Shown here one piece after another: positions 47,424 to 59,806 of a DNA stretch of 64,000 nt. The first letter of the stretch is position 1. Every line of letters starts with the position of its first letter. This DNA comes from a bacterium (GTDB taxonomy: Bacteria > Omnitrophota > Gorgyraeia > Zapsychrales > Fredricksoniimonadaceae). The DNA lies in NCBI GenBank assembly GCA_021783915.1, contig JAJXTI010000001.1, forward strand, positions 1,540 through 65,539, read 5' to 3'. A program made the position numbers and the translations under genes. Under the pieces are notes generated by a model. The model was not told the origin of the DNA. It worked only from the letters and a program-made list of their open reading frames with translations, and made no database searches.

Positions 47424-48761
47424 ATGACACTGACCGACCTCTGGCAAAAAACCCAAAGTACCCTCAAAGAACAAATAGGATCCACCAGCTATGACACCTG
47501 GCTTTCCAGTCTCAGGGCCATCGACAAAGACACCGGTACCCTGGTTCTTCAGGCGCCTGATGAGTTCTTTAAGAACTGGATCATCGAGCATTATGCCCCT
47601 GCCATTGAACGCTGTCTTAACGCCGAGGCGGGTAGGGAAGTGGATCTGGAATTCGAGGTCAACGGCCAACTCATGGCCGTCCCTCCACAAAAACTGCTGC
47701 AGTCTTTTGAAAAACAATTTGACCAAACCACCCCTAAAACCACCGTCCATTTGAATCCGCGTTTCCTTTTTGAAAATTTTGTCGTTGGGCCTTCGAACCG
47801 CTTTGCTTTCGCCGCGGCCCAGGCCGTTGCCGAGGCGCCGGCCAAAATGTATAATCCTTTTTTTATCTATGGCCCAGTCGGTCTTGGAAAAACACATTTG
47901 ATGCAGTCCATCACCCATGAAGTTGCCCGTAAACATCCAGCACTTAAAGTTTGCTATCTTTCTTCGGAACAATTTACCAATGAACTGATTAACGCTATCC
48001 GCCACCGTTCGGCAGACAGTTTTCGTCAAAAGTACCGCACCATTGATGTGCTTCTCATCGATGACATTCATTTCATCGCCGGGAAAGAAAGCACCCAGGA
48101 AGAGTTTTTCCATACCTTTAACGTGCTGCACGACAACCGCAAACAAATTATCATCTGTTCCGACAGGCCGCCCAAGGAAATCGCTCATTTGGAAGAACGC
48201 CTGGTCTCGCGTTTTAATTGGGGGTTGATCGCCGATGTTCAACCGCCGGACTATGAAACCCGCGTGGCCATTTTGCGTAAAAAGCTTGAGCTGGAATCCG
48301 TAAAAGTGCCCGATGATGTATTAATTTTTATTGCCAGTGAAATAAAAACCAATATCCGGGAACTGGAAGGAGCGCTGCTCCGCGTGGTGGCCTATTCAAT
48401 GCTGGAAGAAAAACCCGTCAACCTTTCCATTGCCAAGTCCGTTCTTAAAGATATGGTCAAGGAAACGGTCAAAACAATCAGCGTTGATATGGTGCAAAAA
48501 GAGGTGGCAGGATTTTTTAATATTTCCTTAAATGACCTTAAAAACAAATCTCGGCATAAAAATGTGGTGGTGCCCAGACAAGTAGCTATGTATTTATCGC
48601 GTAAATTAACAACGCATTCTTTGCCGGAAATCGGGGCTGCTTTTGGAGGTAAAGACCATACTACAATTTTACATGCAGTAAAAAAAGTTGAAGAAATTCT
48701 TTTAAAAGACGAACAAATAAGGAAAATAGTAGATACATTAACAAATAGTCTGTTAGTGTAG
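47424..48761 (+). CDS. dnaA: Chromosomal replication initiator DnaA
   Basis: GPVGLGKTHL, LLIDDIHF, NIRELEGAL, FGGKDHTT. Confidence 0.98.
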   Translation: MTLTDLWQKTQSTLKEQIGSTSYDTWLSSLRAIDKDTGTLVLQAPDEFFKNWIIEHYAPAIERCLNAEAGREVDLEFEVNGQLMAVPPQKLLQSFEKQFDQTTPKTTVHLNPRFLFENFVVGPSNRFAFAAAQAVAEAPAKMYNPFFIYGPVGLGKTHLMQSITHEVARKHPALKVCYLSSEQFTNELINAIRHRSADSFRQKYRTIDVLLIDDIHFIAGKESTQEEFFHTFNVLHDNRKQIIICSDRPPKEIAHLEERLVSRFNWGLIADVQPPDYETRVAILRKKLELESVKVPDDVLIFIASEIKTNIRELEGALLRVVAYSMLEEKPVNLSIAKSVLKDMVKETVKTISVDMVQKEVAGFFNISLNDLKNKSRHKNVVVPRQVAMYLSRKLTTHSLPEIGAAFGGKDHTTILHAVKKVEEILLKDEQIRKIVDTLTNSLLV

Positions 48762-48925
48762 CTGTGAATAGCTTTTAGAAGTTACCCTCAAGTTATCCAC
48801 AGCTGTGAATATTGTAAAGCCTTGAAAAAAATAAAGTTTTGAGCCTTATTCAATTTATCCACAGGGCTTACTAATATTACTACTAATTGTAAAACGTTAA
48901 CCATTTAGTTAAATTAGCTAAGGGT
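48762..48925. other. oriC unwinding region (DnaA boxes + DnaA-trios)
   Basis: TTATCCACA at 48793 and 48855, TGTGAATA at 48763 and 48804; box-GGGC-TTACTAATATTACTACTA trio array at 48868-48885; gene orientation flips here. Confidence 0.88.
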
Positions 48926-48931
48926 GTGATT

Positions 48932-50020
48932 ATGAAAATTAAAGTGAATAAAGAGGAATTATTGAGAGTTATAGGTGTTGTGGGCAATATAGTTTCTACA
49001 CGGGCCACCTTACCTATATTATCCAATATGATGCTGGAGGCCAAAGATGATATTTTAAAGCTTAACACAACGGATTTGGATATCGGTATATCCTGTGAAT
49101 TGCCTGTGTATATATATGAACAAGGAGCGATTACGGTCCCAGCTAAAAAATTTTCAGACATTATCCGTGAACTCCCTTTAGGGGAAGTTGTTTTATATGT
49201 AAGAAAAAATAATCAGGTGGAGATTGAAGGGACCAATTGCCGTTTTAAACTTAACGGGCTTCCTAAAGAAGAATTTCCGAAGTTTCCGGAATTTAAAGAT
49301 AAAGATGTAGTTTTAATTAAACAAAATAATTTAAAAGAAATGATTCGTTTGACAAACTTTGCGGTGTCTTTCGAAGAGTCGCGGTATGTTCTTAATGGTA
49401 TTTTACTGGAAGTTTCAGGAGACATGGTTCGTATGGTGGCCACCGATGGCAGGCGTTTGGCAAAAATGGAAAAAAAGCTTGTTCAGTCCAGCCACAAAGA
49501 ATTAAGTATTATTATCCCTATTAAAGCCATTAGTGAAATCAACCGTAACCTTAAAGACACAGGGGAGTGTTCTATTATTTACGGCACAAACCAGGTCTTG
49601 TTTAACATCGACGGTGTTTTAATTGCCACTCGCATTATTGAAGGGGAATTTCCCAATTATAAACAAGTCATTCCTAAAGAGATTTTTACCAAAGCCAAGG
49701 TCAAAACACAAGATCTCTTGGCAGCGATCCGTCGCGCGAATCTTTTATCCACCCCGGATTTTCAGGCGATCAAATTTGAATTATTCAAAGACAAAATGGT
49801 CATTTCCAAATCTACCCCTGATGTGGGCGAATCCAGGGAAGAAGTGGACATTGAATACGGCCAGCAGGAACTAATGGTTGGCTTTAACCCGCAGTTTTTT
49901 ATCGATGTCCTTAAAAATTTAAGTGATGAAAAAATAGATCTGGAATTTTTAGGGCCGGATAAGCCCTGCGTGCTACGTTTAAGAGATTATCTTTATTTAG
50001 CATTACCGATGAGGTTGTAA
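48932..50020 (+). CDS. dnaN: DNA polymerase III beta clamp
   Basis: LPILSN, VATDGRRL, EGEFPNY, MPMR-like C-terminus (LPMRL). Confidence 0.96.
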   Translation: MKIKVNKEELLRVIGVVGNIVSTRATLPILSNMMLEAKDDILKLNTTDLDIGISCELPVYIYEQGAITVPAKKFSDIIRELPLGEVVLYVRKNNQVEIEGTNCRFKLNGLPKEEFPKFPEFKDKDVVLIKQNNLKEMIRLTNFAVSFEESRYVLNGILLEVSGDMVRMVATDGRRLAKMEKKLVQSSHKELSIIIPIKAISEINRNLKDTGECSIIYGTNQVLFNIDGVLIATRIIEGEFPNYKQVIPKEIFTKAKVKTQDLLAAIRRANLLSTPDFQAIKFELFKDKMVISKSTPDVGESREEVDIEYGQQELMVGFNPQFFIDVLKNLSDEKIDLEFLGPDKPCVLRLRDYLYLALPMRL

Positions 50021-50024
50021 ACAG

Positions 50025-52741
<2,717 letters not shown>

Positions 52742-52812
52742 CCCTCCCCTCCCCCGGAGCTGGAAATTTTCTAACCCCGGGGGTTATGAAGGTATGGAAA
52801 GGTCTATGTTTT

Positions 52813-55266
52813 ATGCGTGACGCGAATAAAAAAGAAAAAATAATTCCTGTATACATTGAAGATGAGATGAAGAATTCTTATCTTTCCTATTCCATGTCCG
52901 TCATCGTCGGACGCGCTTTGCCGGATGTGCGTGACGGGCTAAAACCCGTGCACCGGCGCATTCTGTACGCGATGAAAGAACTAAACCTAGAGCACAACAA
53001 ACCTTATAAGAAAAGCGCCCGTATTGTCGGTGAAGTTTTGGGCAAGTACCATCCCCATGGCGACACGGCCGTCTACGATACCATGGTGCGCATGGTGCAG
53101 GACTTTTCCCTGCGCTACCCCTTGATTGATGGGCAGGGCAACTTCGGTTCCATCGATGGAGACGCTGCGGCGGCGATGCGCTATACGGAGGCACGCATGG
53201 CTTCCGTGGCCCAGATCATGCTCGACGACATTGAAAAAGAGACTGTTGAATTTTCCCCTAATTTCGACGGGTCTTTGACAGAGCCGGACATCCTGCCGGC
53301 TCTGGTGCCCAATTTACTGGTCAACGGTTCATCGGGGATCGCTGTTGGCATGGCCACCAACATGCCCCCGCAAAATTTAGGGGAAGTAGTCGAGGGGATC
53401 ATGTACCTGTTAGACTCCCCGGACGCGTCCATCAAGGACCTGATGAAGCTTGTCAAGGGGCCTGATTTTCCAACGGGAGGGATCATCTGCGGCAGAGAGG
53501 GGATCGTGGACGCTTACAATACAGGACGGGGCAAGATCATTATCCGTGCCCGTGCTTTAATTGAACAACAAAAGGCAAACAGGGAAGCCATTATCATCAC
53601 CGAGGTTCCCTACCAGGTCAATAAGGCCAATTTGATTTCAACGATCGCGGACCTTGTGCAAAACAAACAAATTGACGGAATCACAGATATTCGCGATGAA
53701 TCAGACAAAGACGGCATTCGTGTGGTCATTGAGCTTAGGCGCGACGTGGACCCCAATATTGTCTTGAACTACCTCTTTAAACACACGCAAATGGAGGTGA
53801 CCTTTGGCATCATCAATTTGGCCCTGGTCAACAAATCCCCCCGGGTATTGACCCTTAAGCAGTTGATGCAGCAGTATATCGATCACAGGCGTCATGTGAT
53901 TCGCCGCCGCACACAGTTTGATCTGGACAAAGCTCTTCGACGGGCCCATATTTTAGAAGGACTTAAGATCGCCTTTAAGTTTTTGGATGAGATCATCAAA
54001 ACTATCCGCGCTTCCAAAACGACCGCCGAGGCCAAGGAAGCTCTGATTAAAAAATTCGAACTTTCCGACGCGCAAGCCCAGGCCATTCTGGAAATGCAGT
54101 TGCAGCGTCTAGCGGCCCTTGAAAGAGACAAAATTGAAGCGGAATACCAGCAGCTTTTAAAAGACATTGACAATCTCCGTGCGATTTTGGCCTCCGAGAA
54201 AAAAGTTGACGGTATTATTAAAGAAGAGTTGGAGGGGTTGAAAAAGAAATACGCTGATGAGCGTCGCACGGAAATCGCTGCTAAGGCGGAGGACATTGAA
54301 ATCGAAGACATGATTGCCGAGGAGGACATGGCGATCACTATCAGCAACAAGGGATATATCAAGCGTTTGTCTGTCGATGCGTATCGTTCACAAAGGCGCG
54401 GCGGCAAAGGCGTGACCGCCATGACCACTTCCGAGGAGGACTTTGTTGAGAGGTTGTTTGTGGCGTCCTCAAAAGATTATTTGCTCATCTTCTCTAACCA
54501 GGGAACGGTGCGCTGGCTTAAAGTCTATGAAATTCCCGTGGCCTCAAAGACGGCCAAAGGCAAGGCCATCGTGAACCTTCTTTCTTTTAAACCCGGCGAA
54601 GGAATCAGCGCTATCGTGGCCGTTAAGGAATTCAGGGAAGATGAATTCTTGGTCTTTGCCACGAAGCAGGGTTTGGTCAAAAAGACAAAGGTCTCTGCCT
54701 ATAGCAACCCGCGCAAAGGAGGTATCGTCGGAATCGGTTTGGAAAAAGGCGACGAGCTCATCGGTGTCGCTTTGAGCAATGGGAAAGAAGAGGTTCTTTT
54801 GGCGACCCATGAAGGGATTGCGTTGCGTTTTCCCGAAAAATTATTGCGCGATATGGGACGCTCCGCCAAGGGAGTGAGGGGCATTAAACTAAGCAAAGGT
54901 GATTATCTGGTCGCCATGCTCGTTTTCGCTCCGGACGTGGATAAGACGGGAGCAAAACTATTGACGGTCTGCGAGTTGGGCTACGCAAAGCGTTCGGACT
55001 TTGCCGATTACAGGACCCAATCCAGGGGGGGCAAGGGCATCATCAACGTCAAGGTGACCGAGAAAAACGGCCGTGTTGTCGGTGTTTTGACCGTCATGGA
55101 TGACGACCAGATTATGGCCGTTACCAAAAAGGGGATGGTGGTGAGATCTTCCCCTTCGGAAATTCGGGAGACCGGCCGTTCCGCCATCGGTGTGCGGTTG
55201 ATTTCTTTGGAAAGCGGAGACCAGGTCTCCTCGGTTGCCCACGCTTTTTCCCGTGAGGAGGAATAA
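52813..55266 (+). CDS. gyrA: DNA gyrase subunit A
   Basis: YHPHGD, AAMRYTE, GyrA box QRRGGKG. Confidence 0.98.
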   Translation: MRDANKKEKIIPVYIEDEMKNSYLSYSMSVIVGRALPDVRDGLKPVHRRILYAMKELNLEHNKPYKKSARIVGEVLGKYHPHGDTAVYDTMVRMVQDFSLRYPLIDGQGNFGSIDGDAAAAMRYTEARMASVAQIMLDDIEKETVEFSPNFDGSLTEPDILPALVPNLLVNGSSGIAVGMATNMPPQNLGEVVEGIMYLLDSPDASIKDLMKLVKGPDFPTGGIICGREGIVDAYNTGRGKIIIRARALIEQQKANREAIIITEVPYQVNKANLISTIADLVQNKQIDGITDIRDESDKDGIRVVIELRRDVDPNIVLNYLFKHTQMEVTFGIINLALVNKSPRVLTLKQLMQQYIDHRRHVIRRRTQFDLDKALRRAHILEGLKIAFKFLDEIIKTIRASKTTAEAKEALIKKFELSDAQAQAILEMQLQRLAALERDKIEAEYQQLLKDIDNLRAILASEKKVDGIIKEELEGLKKKYADERRTEIAAKAEDIEIEDMIAEEDMAITISNKGYIKRLSVDAYRSQRRGGKGVTAMTTSEEDFVERLFVASSKDYLLIFSNQGTVRWLKVYEIPVASKTAKGKAIVNLLSFKPGEGISAIVAVKEFREDEFLVFATKQGLVKKTKVSAYSNPRKGGIVGIGLEKGDELIGVALSNGKEEVLLATHEGIALRFPEKLLRDMGRSAKGVRGIKLSKGDYLVAMLVFAPDVDKTGAKLLTVCELGYAKRSDFADYRTQSRGGKGIINVKVTEKNGRVVGVLTVMDDDQIMAVTKKGMVVRSSPSEIRETGRSAIGVRLISLESGDQVSSVAHAFSREEE

Positions 55267-55342
55267 ATAAACCCGCAGGTTTGGAAAAATCTTGACGACC
55301 CTAAAGAGGCCGCTATAATAGGCACTCTTGTTTGGTTCTTTT

Positions 55343-55419
55343 GACCCTATCGTCTAGCCCGGTCAGGACAAGAGCTTTTCAAGCTCTCGGCACGAGTTCA
55401 AATCTCGTTAGGGTCACCA
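55343..55419 (+). tRNA. tRNA-Glu (TTC)
   Basis: AGAGC-TTTTCAA-GCTCT anticodon arm, CCA end; promoter TTGACG-16-TATAAT at 55292-55319. Confidence 0.95.
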
Positions 55420-55441
55420 TTTTTATTTAAGGAGGATCATT

Positions 55442-56089
55442 ATGTTAACGATCTACGGTTCAGACCTCTCAGGCCCTGCCAATAAAGTCCGTTTTGTGGC
55501 CAATTATTTAGGAATATCTTATGAATACCGTCAAGTTAATTTGCGCGAAGGGGAACAAAAACAAGAATGGTTTTTGAAGATTAACCCTATCGGCAAGGTG
55601 CCGGCGATGGATGACAATGGTTTCTGCCTGTTTGAAAGCGGTGCGATTTCTAAATACCTTTGCGATAAAAACGGTTCAAGTTTATACCCCCAAGATTTAA
55701 AACAAAGAGCGATCGTCGAACAATGGACGGACTTCGCGTCGTTACACATCATGGTCAATGTGGCCAAAGTCACGTACAATCGCCTGTTTGCTCCACGCAG
55801 AGGGCTTCCTGTAAGCCAGGAGTCCATTGATGATGGGACTAAATGTTTAGAACAATATTTCCCCTCTATTGAAAAACAATTGGGCCAACATAAATATTTG
55901 GCGGGGATCCAAATAACTTTGGCAGACATGACATTGTTGGCGGCCATGGATCCGTGTGAACTTTCCGGGATCGATTTGAGCAAATACCCTAAAATCACAG
56001 CTTGGCGCAAGGAACTAAAGATACAAAGCTTTTATATTAAATGCCATAAGGAATACGGGGAAAGCCTTAAAGCAGCATTAGGCCGATGA
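55442..56089 (+). CDS. Glutathione S-transferase family protein
   Basis: INPIGKVP, LFESGAI, ITLAD. Confidence 0.92.
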   Translation: MLTIYGSDLSGPANKVRFVANYLGISYEYRQVNLREGEQKQEWFLKINPIGKVPAMDDNGFCLFESGAISKYLCDKNGSSLYPQDLKQRAIVEQWTDFASLHIMVNVAKVTYNRLFAPRRGLPVSQESIDDGTKCLEQYFPSIEKQLGQHKYLAGIQITLADMTLLAAMDPCELSGIDLSKYPKITAWRKELKIQSFYIKCHKEYGESLKAALGR

Positions 56090-56883
56090 AAGTTGCGCTG
56101 ATCCAGTTTCAAGCGACAGACAATAAAAACGATAATATTCGACGGGCAAAAGAATCTGTTAAAGAGGCGATTGCGAAAAAAGCCAAATGGGTTCTTTTGC
56201 CGGAGATTTTCAGTTTTCGTGGGGACCTCCGCGACAAAGAAATTCTGCAGCAGGTCCGCGAACACATACCGGGCAAAACCACCCAGGAATTCCTGAAATT
56301 AGCCCAAGCGCATAAAGCAGACATTCTGTTGGGCTCTTTATTGGAAGAAGCTCCTGGAGCTAAAGCGTACAACACAACGGTGGCTTTAAACGGATCCTCG
56401 GGGAAGATAAGAAAATATCGAAAAATTCATTTATTCGAGGCTGTTTTGGGTGATAAGATATTGAACGAGTCCGTTTGTTTTTCCAAAGGGAACCGGTTGG
56501 GAACAGTTTACGTCGGAGAATTTAAGGTAGGGTTGAGCGTTTGTTACGATTTAAGATTTCCTGGTCTTTATCAAAAATATGCGCAGATGGGGGCCACGGC
56601 TTTAACTGTCCCGTCATGTTTTACCAAGCAAACCGGACGGGCGCATTGGGAAAGCTTGTTAAAAGCCAGGGCCATTGAAAACCTTTGTTATGTGTTCGCT
56701 CCCAATCAAGTTGGCAAAGATACCCGGGGGATTGAAGCGTACGGCCACAGCATGGTTGTAGACCCTTGGGGGCGCGTGGTGGCTTGTGGATTGTCGAACA
56801 AAGAAGAAATCATTTACGCGGACGTTTTTCTCCAAGAAGTTAAAGAGGCCCGGAGGAGATTGCCGGGAATAATCAAGGACTAA
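56086..56883 (+). CDS. Carbon-nitrogen hydrolase (Nit1/deaminated glutathione amidase-like)
   Basis: [25 protein letters not shown]. Confidence 0.9.
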   Translation: MKVALIQFQATDNKNDNIRRAKESVKEAIAKKAKWVLLPEIFSFRGDLRDKEILQQVREHIPGKTTQEFLKLAQAHKADILLGSLLEEAPGAKAYNTTVALNGSSGKIRKYRKIHLFEAVLGDKILNESVCFSKGNRLGTVYVGEFKVGLSVCYDLRFPGLYQKYAQMGATALTVPSCFTKQTGRAHWESLLKARAIENLCYVFAPNQVGKDTRGIEAYGHSMVVDPWGRVVACGLSNKEEIIYADVFLQEVKEARRRLPGIIKD

Positions 56884-56888
56884 ACAAC

Positions 56889-57869
56889 ATGACTCAACGT
56901 ATTAAAGTAGCGGTTACCGGGGCAGCAGGACAAATCGGATATGCTTTGCTTTTTCGCATTGCCTCAGGGGAGATGTTCGGCAAAGACACCCAAATCGATT
57001 TAAGTCTTTTGGAGCTAGAAAAAGCTTTGCCGGCCTTAGGCGGCGTTGTTATGGAATTGGACGATTGCGCCTTCCCTTTGTTAAAAAGCGTCCAAACGGC
57101 GTCCGATGCCAACATTGCATTTAAGGATGCCGACTGGGCATTGTTGGTCGGGAGCGTGCCTCGCAAAGAAGGCATGGAGCGAGCAGACCTCTTAAAAATC
57201 AACGGAGGGGTTTTTATTGAACAAGGCAAGGCCCTTTCTAATAATGCTAAACCGTCATGTAAAGTCCTCGTTGTAGGGAATCCATGCAATACCAATTGCT
57301 ATATTGCCAAGAGTGTTTGTAAAAACATTTCCCCTAGGAATTTTTTTGCCATGACGATGCTTGATCAAAATCGCGCGACGACTCAATTGGCCCAGAAAGC
57401 AAAAGTTGCGGTCATGGATGTCAAAAGAATGGTCATTTGGGGCAATCATTCGGCAACACAGTACCCTGATTTTTATAATGCCCTTATTAAAGGGCGTCCG
57501 GCAACGGAGGCCATCAGTGATTTGAACTGGCTTCAAACAACTTTTATTGACACCATACAAAAGCGCGGGGTGGCTGTCATTAAAGCAAGAGGGCTCTCTT
57601 CAGCAGCCTCAGCAGCCAATGCCATTATTGATACCGTACACGCTATTGTTACCCCTACAGCAACCGGGGAGTGTTTTTCAGCAGTGGTGAATTCTGATGG
57701 GAGCTACGGCATACCCGAGGGAGTTATGTTTGGCTTCCCCTTACAAAGCGATGGGCTCAACTGGAAAATCGTGCAAGGGATTGTGCACAATGATTTTTCC
57801 AAAAATAAGATCAAAGCGACGAAGGAAGAACTCTTAAGCGAGGCAGATGCGGTAAAAGGGTTGATTTAA
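56889..57869 (+). CDS. mdh: Malate dehydrogenase
   Basis: [25 protein letters not shown]. Confidence 0.96.
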   Translation: MTQRIKVAVTGAAGQIGYALLFRIASGEMFGKDTQIDLSLLELEKALPALGGVVMELDDCAFPLLKSVQTASDANIAFKDADWALLVGSVPRKEGMERADLLKINGGVFIEQGKALSNNAKPSCKVLVVGNPCNTNCYIAKSVCKNISPRNFFAMTMLDQNRATTQLAQKAKVAVMDVKRMVIWGNHSATQYPDFYNALIKGRPATEAISDLNWLQTTFIDTIQKRGVAVIKARGLSSAASAANAIIDTVHAIVTPTATGECFSAVVNSDGSYGIPEGVMFGFPLQSDGLNWKIVQGIVHNDFSKNKIKATKEELLSEADAVKGLI

Positions 57870-58034
57870 TAAAAACGCACCGTTTTTTAACTTATTAGGG
57901 GGCCATAGGTTATATAGGCAAGGTGGATGGAAGGTAAAAATTTTTTGAACGGAAGTTGCACATAGGGCATTCAACGGGTATACTTAATATATATTTTTGG
58001 GCGTTTTGGAAAGAGATTTTTTATTTTTATTTTT

Positions 58035-58943
58035 GTGGGCATCCTGGCCGGAGGTTTGACTGGTTGCGATCTGTTCTCTCCTGCCAAAAAGACGGAAAAA
58101 ACTTCTTCCGCAGAAGTTACAACCAACACGGCCGCCAACACAGTATCGGAGACGGCCAATGAAAACGCCAGTGACCAAGGGCCCCTGCCCCCTGATGTCG
58201 TTGCCCGCGTGGGCAGCTGGACATTGACAACAGACGACTTTAACCAAAAGCTTAAACTTTTTAAACAGGTGCAGCCGAATTTCAATGACAAAGACCCAAA
58301 GGTCGAAGCTTCTGTTGTGGATGAATTAATCCGCCAGCAGTTGTTAGTCCAAGACGCACAAAATTCTGACATCGGAGACCAAAAAGACATCAAAGCTGCC
58401 GTGGAGGATTTTCGCCGTTCGTTGTTGATGCAAGCATTGGCCAACCGTATCACCAAAGGAGTGGTCGCAACCGAAGCAGACGCGTTAAAATATTATGACG
58501 AGAATAAAAATATTTTTGTAAAATGGAAAGTCCGTCAAATCGTTGTCGCGGATGAAACCACCGCCAAGAACCTGTTGGTCCAAGTTTTACAAGGAGGAGA
58601 TTTTGCCGCTTTGGCCAAGGAACAATCCATAGATAAAACTGCCAAGCAAGGCGGCCTGATAGCGGACCCTAATAAGGCCCCCGTTGAGGTGCAAAAAGCC
58701 ATCGCTCCTTTAGACTCTGGGGGAACGAGCGCAGTATTCAAAGGCAAGGAAGGGTACTATTTAGTCCATGTTGATGAAAAAAACCCGGTCCCTTTTACAG
58801 AAGTCAAAGCGGAATTGGTTTCGGCGTTGACGGTCCGCAAGCAACAAAACGCTATATTAGAGTACATTAACAAATTGGCCCAGAAAACCAAGGTGGAAAT
58901 AAATAAAGAGCTCTTAGGGCTTAGCGATAATAAGCAGCCTTAA
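58035..58943 (+). CDS. PrsA/PpiC-type peptidylprolyl isomerase lipoprotein
   Basis: LTGC lipobox, DFAALAKEQSID..GG, GYYLV; true start probably upstream. Confidence 0.85.
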   Translation: MGILAGGLTGCDLFSPAKKTEKTSSAEVTTNTAANTVSETANENASDQGPLPPDVVARVGSWTLTTDDFNQKLKLFKQVQPNFNDKDPKVEASVVDELIRQQLLVQDAQNSDIGDQKDIKAAVEDFRRSLLMQALANRITKGVVATEADALKYYDENKNIFVKWKVRQIVVADETTAKNLLVQVLQGGDFAALAKEQSIDKTAKQGGLIADPNKAPVEVQKAIAPLDSGGTSAVFKGKEGYYLVHVDEKNPVPFTEVKAELVSALTVRKQQNAILEYINKLAQKTKVEINKELLGLSDNKQP

Positions 58944-58960
58944 AGGGTGGAGGTAATTTT

Positions 58961-59803
58961 ATGGCTATGGACAACAGAAGACAAATTGTTTTAATCGCTA
59001 TTGCCGTCGTTGCTGGGATTGGTGCGACGGTGCTGACCAGTCAGTATGTCACCAATAAAATCGATGAAAAGACCACAGAGCTTCATGATCAATATATGGC
59101 CCAGCAAAAAGAAGCGACAGAAAAATTGCAACTGCAAAGTCAACAGCAAATGGCGACCTTAGAAAATGAAATAAACCAGGTGCGTCAAGAGCAGCAGCAA
59201 GCTTTACAACAGGCCACTGCCGCCATGCGCGCCCAGCAGCAAGCTATGCAACAGGCGACAAAAGTAAAAAGAAGCAGCGTCCTGTTGACCGAAAAAACGC
59301 CTCCCGGCAAACGCGCAGTGACGGTCATGATTGATTCGTTGGCCGCAGTAGGGGGGTTATTAAACGCAGGTGATTTTGTGGACGTTATCGCCCACTTAAA
59401 CGTACCTCAAGAAAATGACGCGGCAGGAAAGACAAAGACGATAACGGCCATGGTTTTTCAAGATTTACAGGTGTTGGCCATTAACACTAATTTAGATAGC
59501 CCCGGGGAGTATGACGAACAACAGTCCGCTCCATCTTTAAAGATAACTTTTGCCGTGGATCCGCAGGAAGCGGGACTTTTGGCTTTTGCCGATAAAAACG
59601 GCAAATTGGAATTGGCCCTGAGGGCTCCCAACGAAAATGAAAAACAAATGGTCAAAACCTCAACGTGGAAAACGTTAGCAGACTATGTATTACAAAACCA
59701 AGGGGCTTCCCTTGATGTTCCTAATGAAGAAGGAGCACCAAAGGTGCAAGAGCCTGAACAAAAGCCTTACATTCAAATCTTTCGTGGAGGCAAGGAGCTT
59801 TAA
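58961..59803 (+). CDS. cpaB: Flp/Tad pilus assembly protein CpaB (RcpC)
   Basis: PPGKRAVT..VGGLLNAGDFVDV..LQVLA..LALR. Confidence 0.88.
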   Translation: MAMDNRRQIVLIAIAVVAGIGATVLTSQYVTNKIDEKTTELHDQYMAQQKEATEKLQLQSQQQMATLENEINQVRQEQQQALQQATAAMRAQQQAMQQATKVKRSSVLLTEKTPPGKRAVTVMIDSLAAVGGLLNAGDFVDVIAHLNVPQENDAAGKTKTITAMVFQDLQVLAINTNLDSPGEYDEQQSAPSLKITFAVDPQEAGLLAFADKNGKLELALRAPNENEKQMVKTSTWKTLADYVLQNQGASLDVPNEEGAPKVQEPEQKPYIQIFRGGKEL

Positions 59804-59806
59804 TTC

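Noticed and set aside
47349-48242. 297-aa minus-strand ORF
   Set aside because: Antisense shadow of dnaA; similar shadows occur over rny, parB, gyrB and gyrA
55442-57869. GST-nitrilase-mdh after tRNA-Glu as a second island
   Set aside because: No integrase or duplicated tRNA end seen; ordinary metabolic genes on the leading strand
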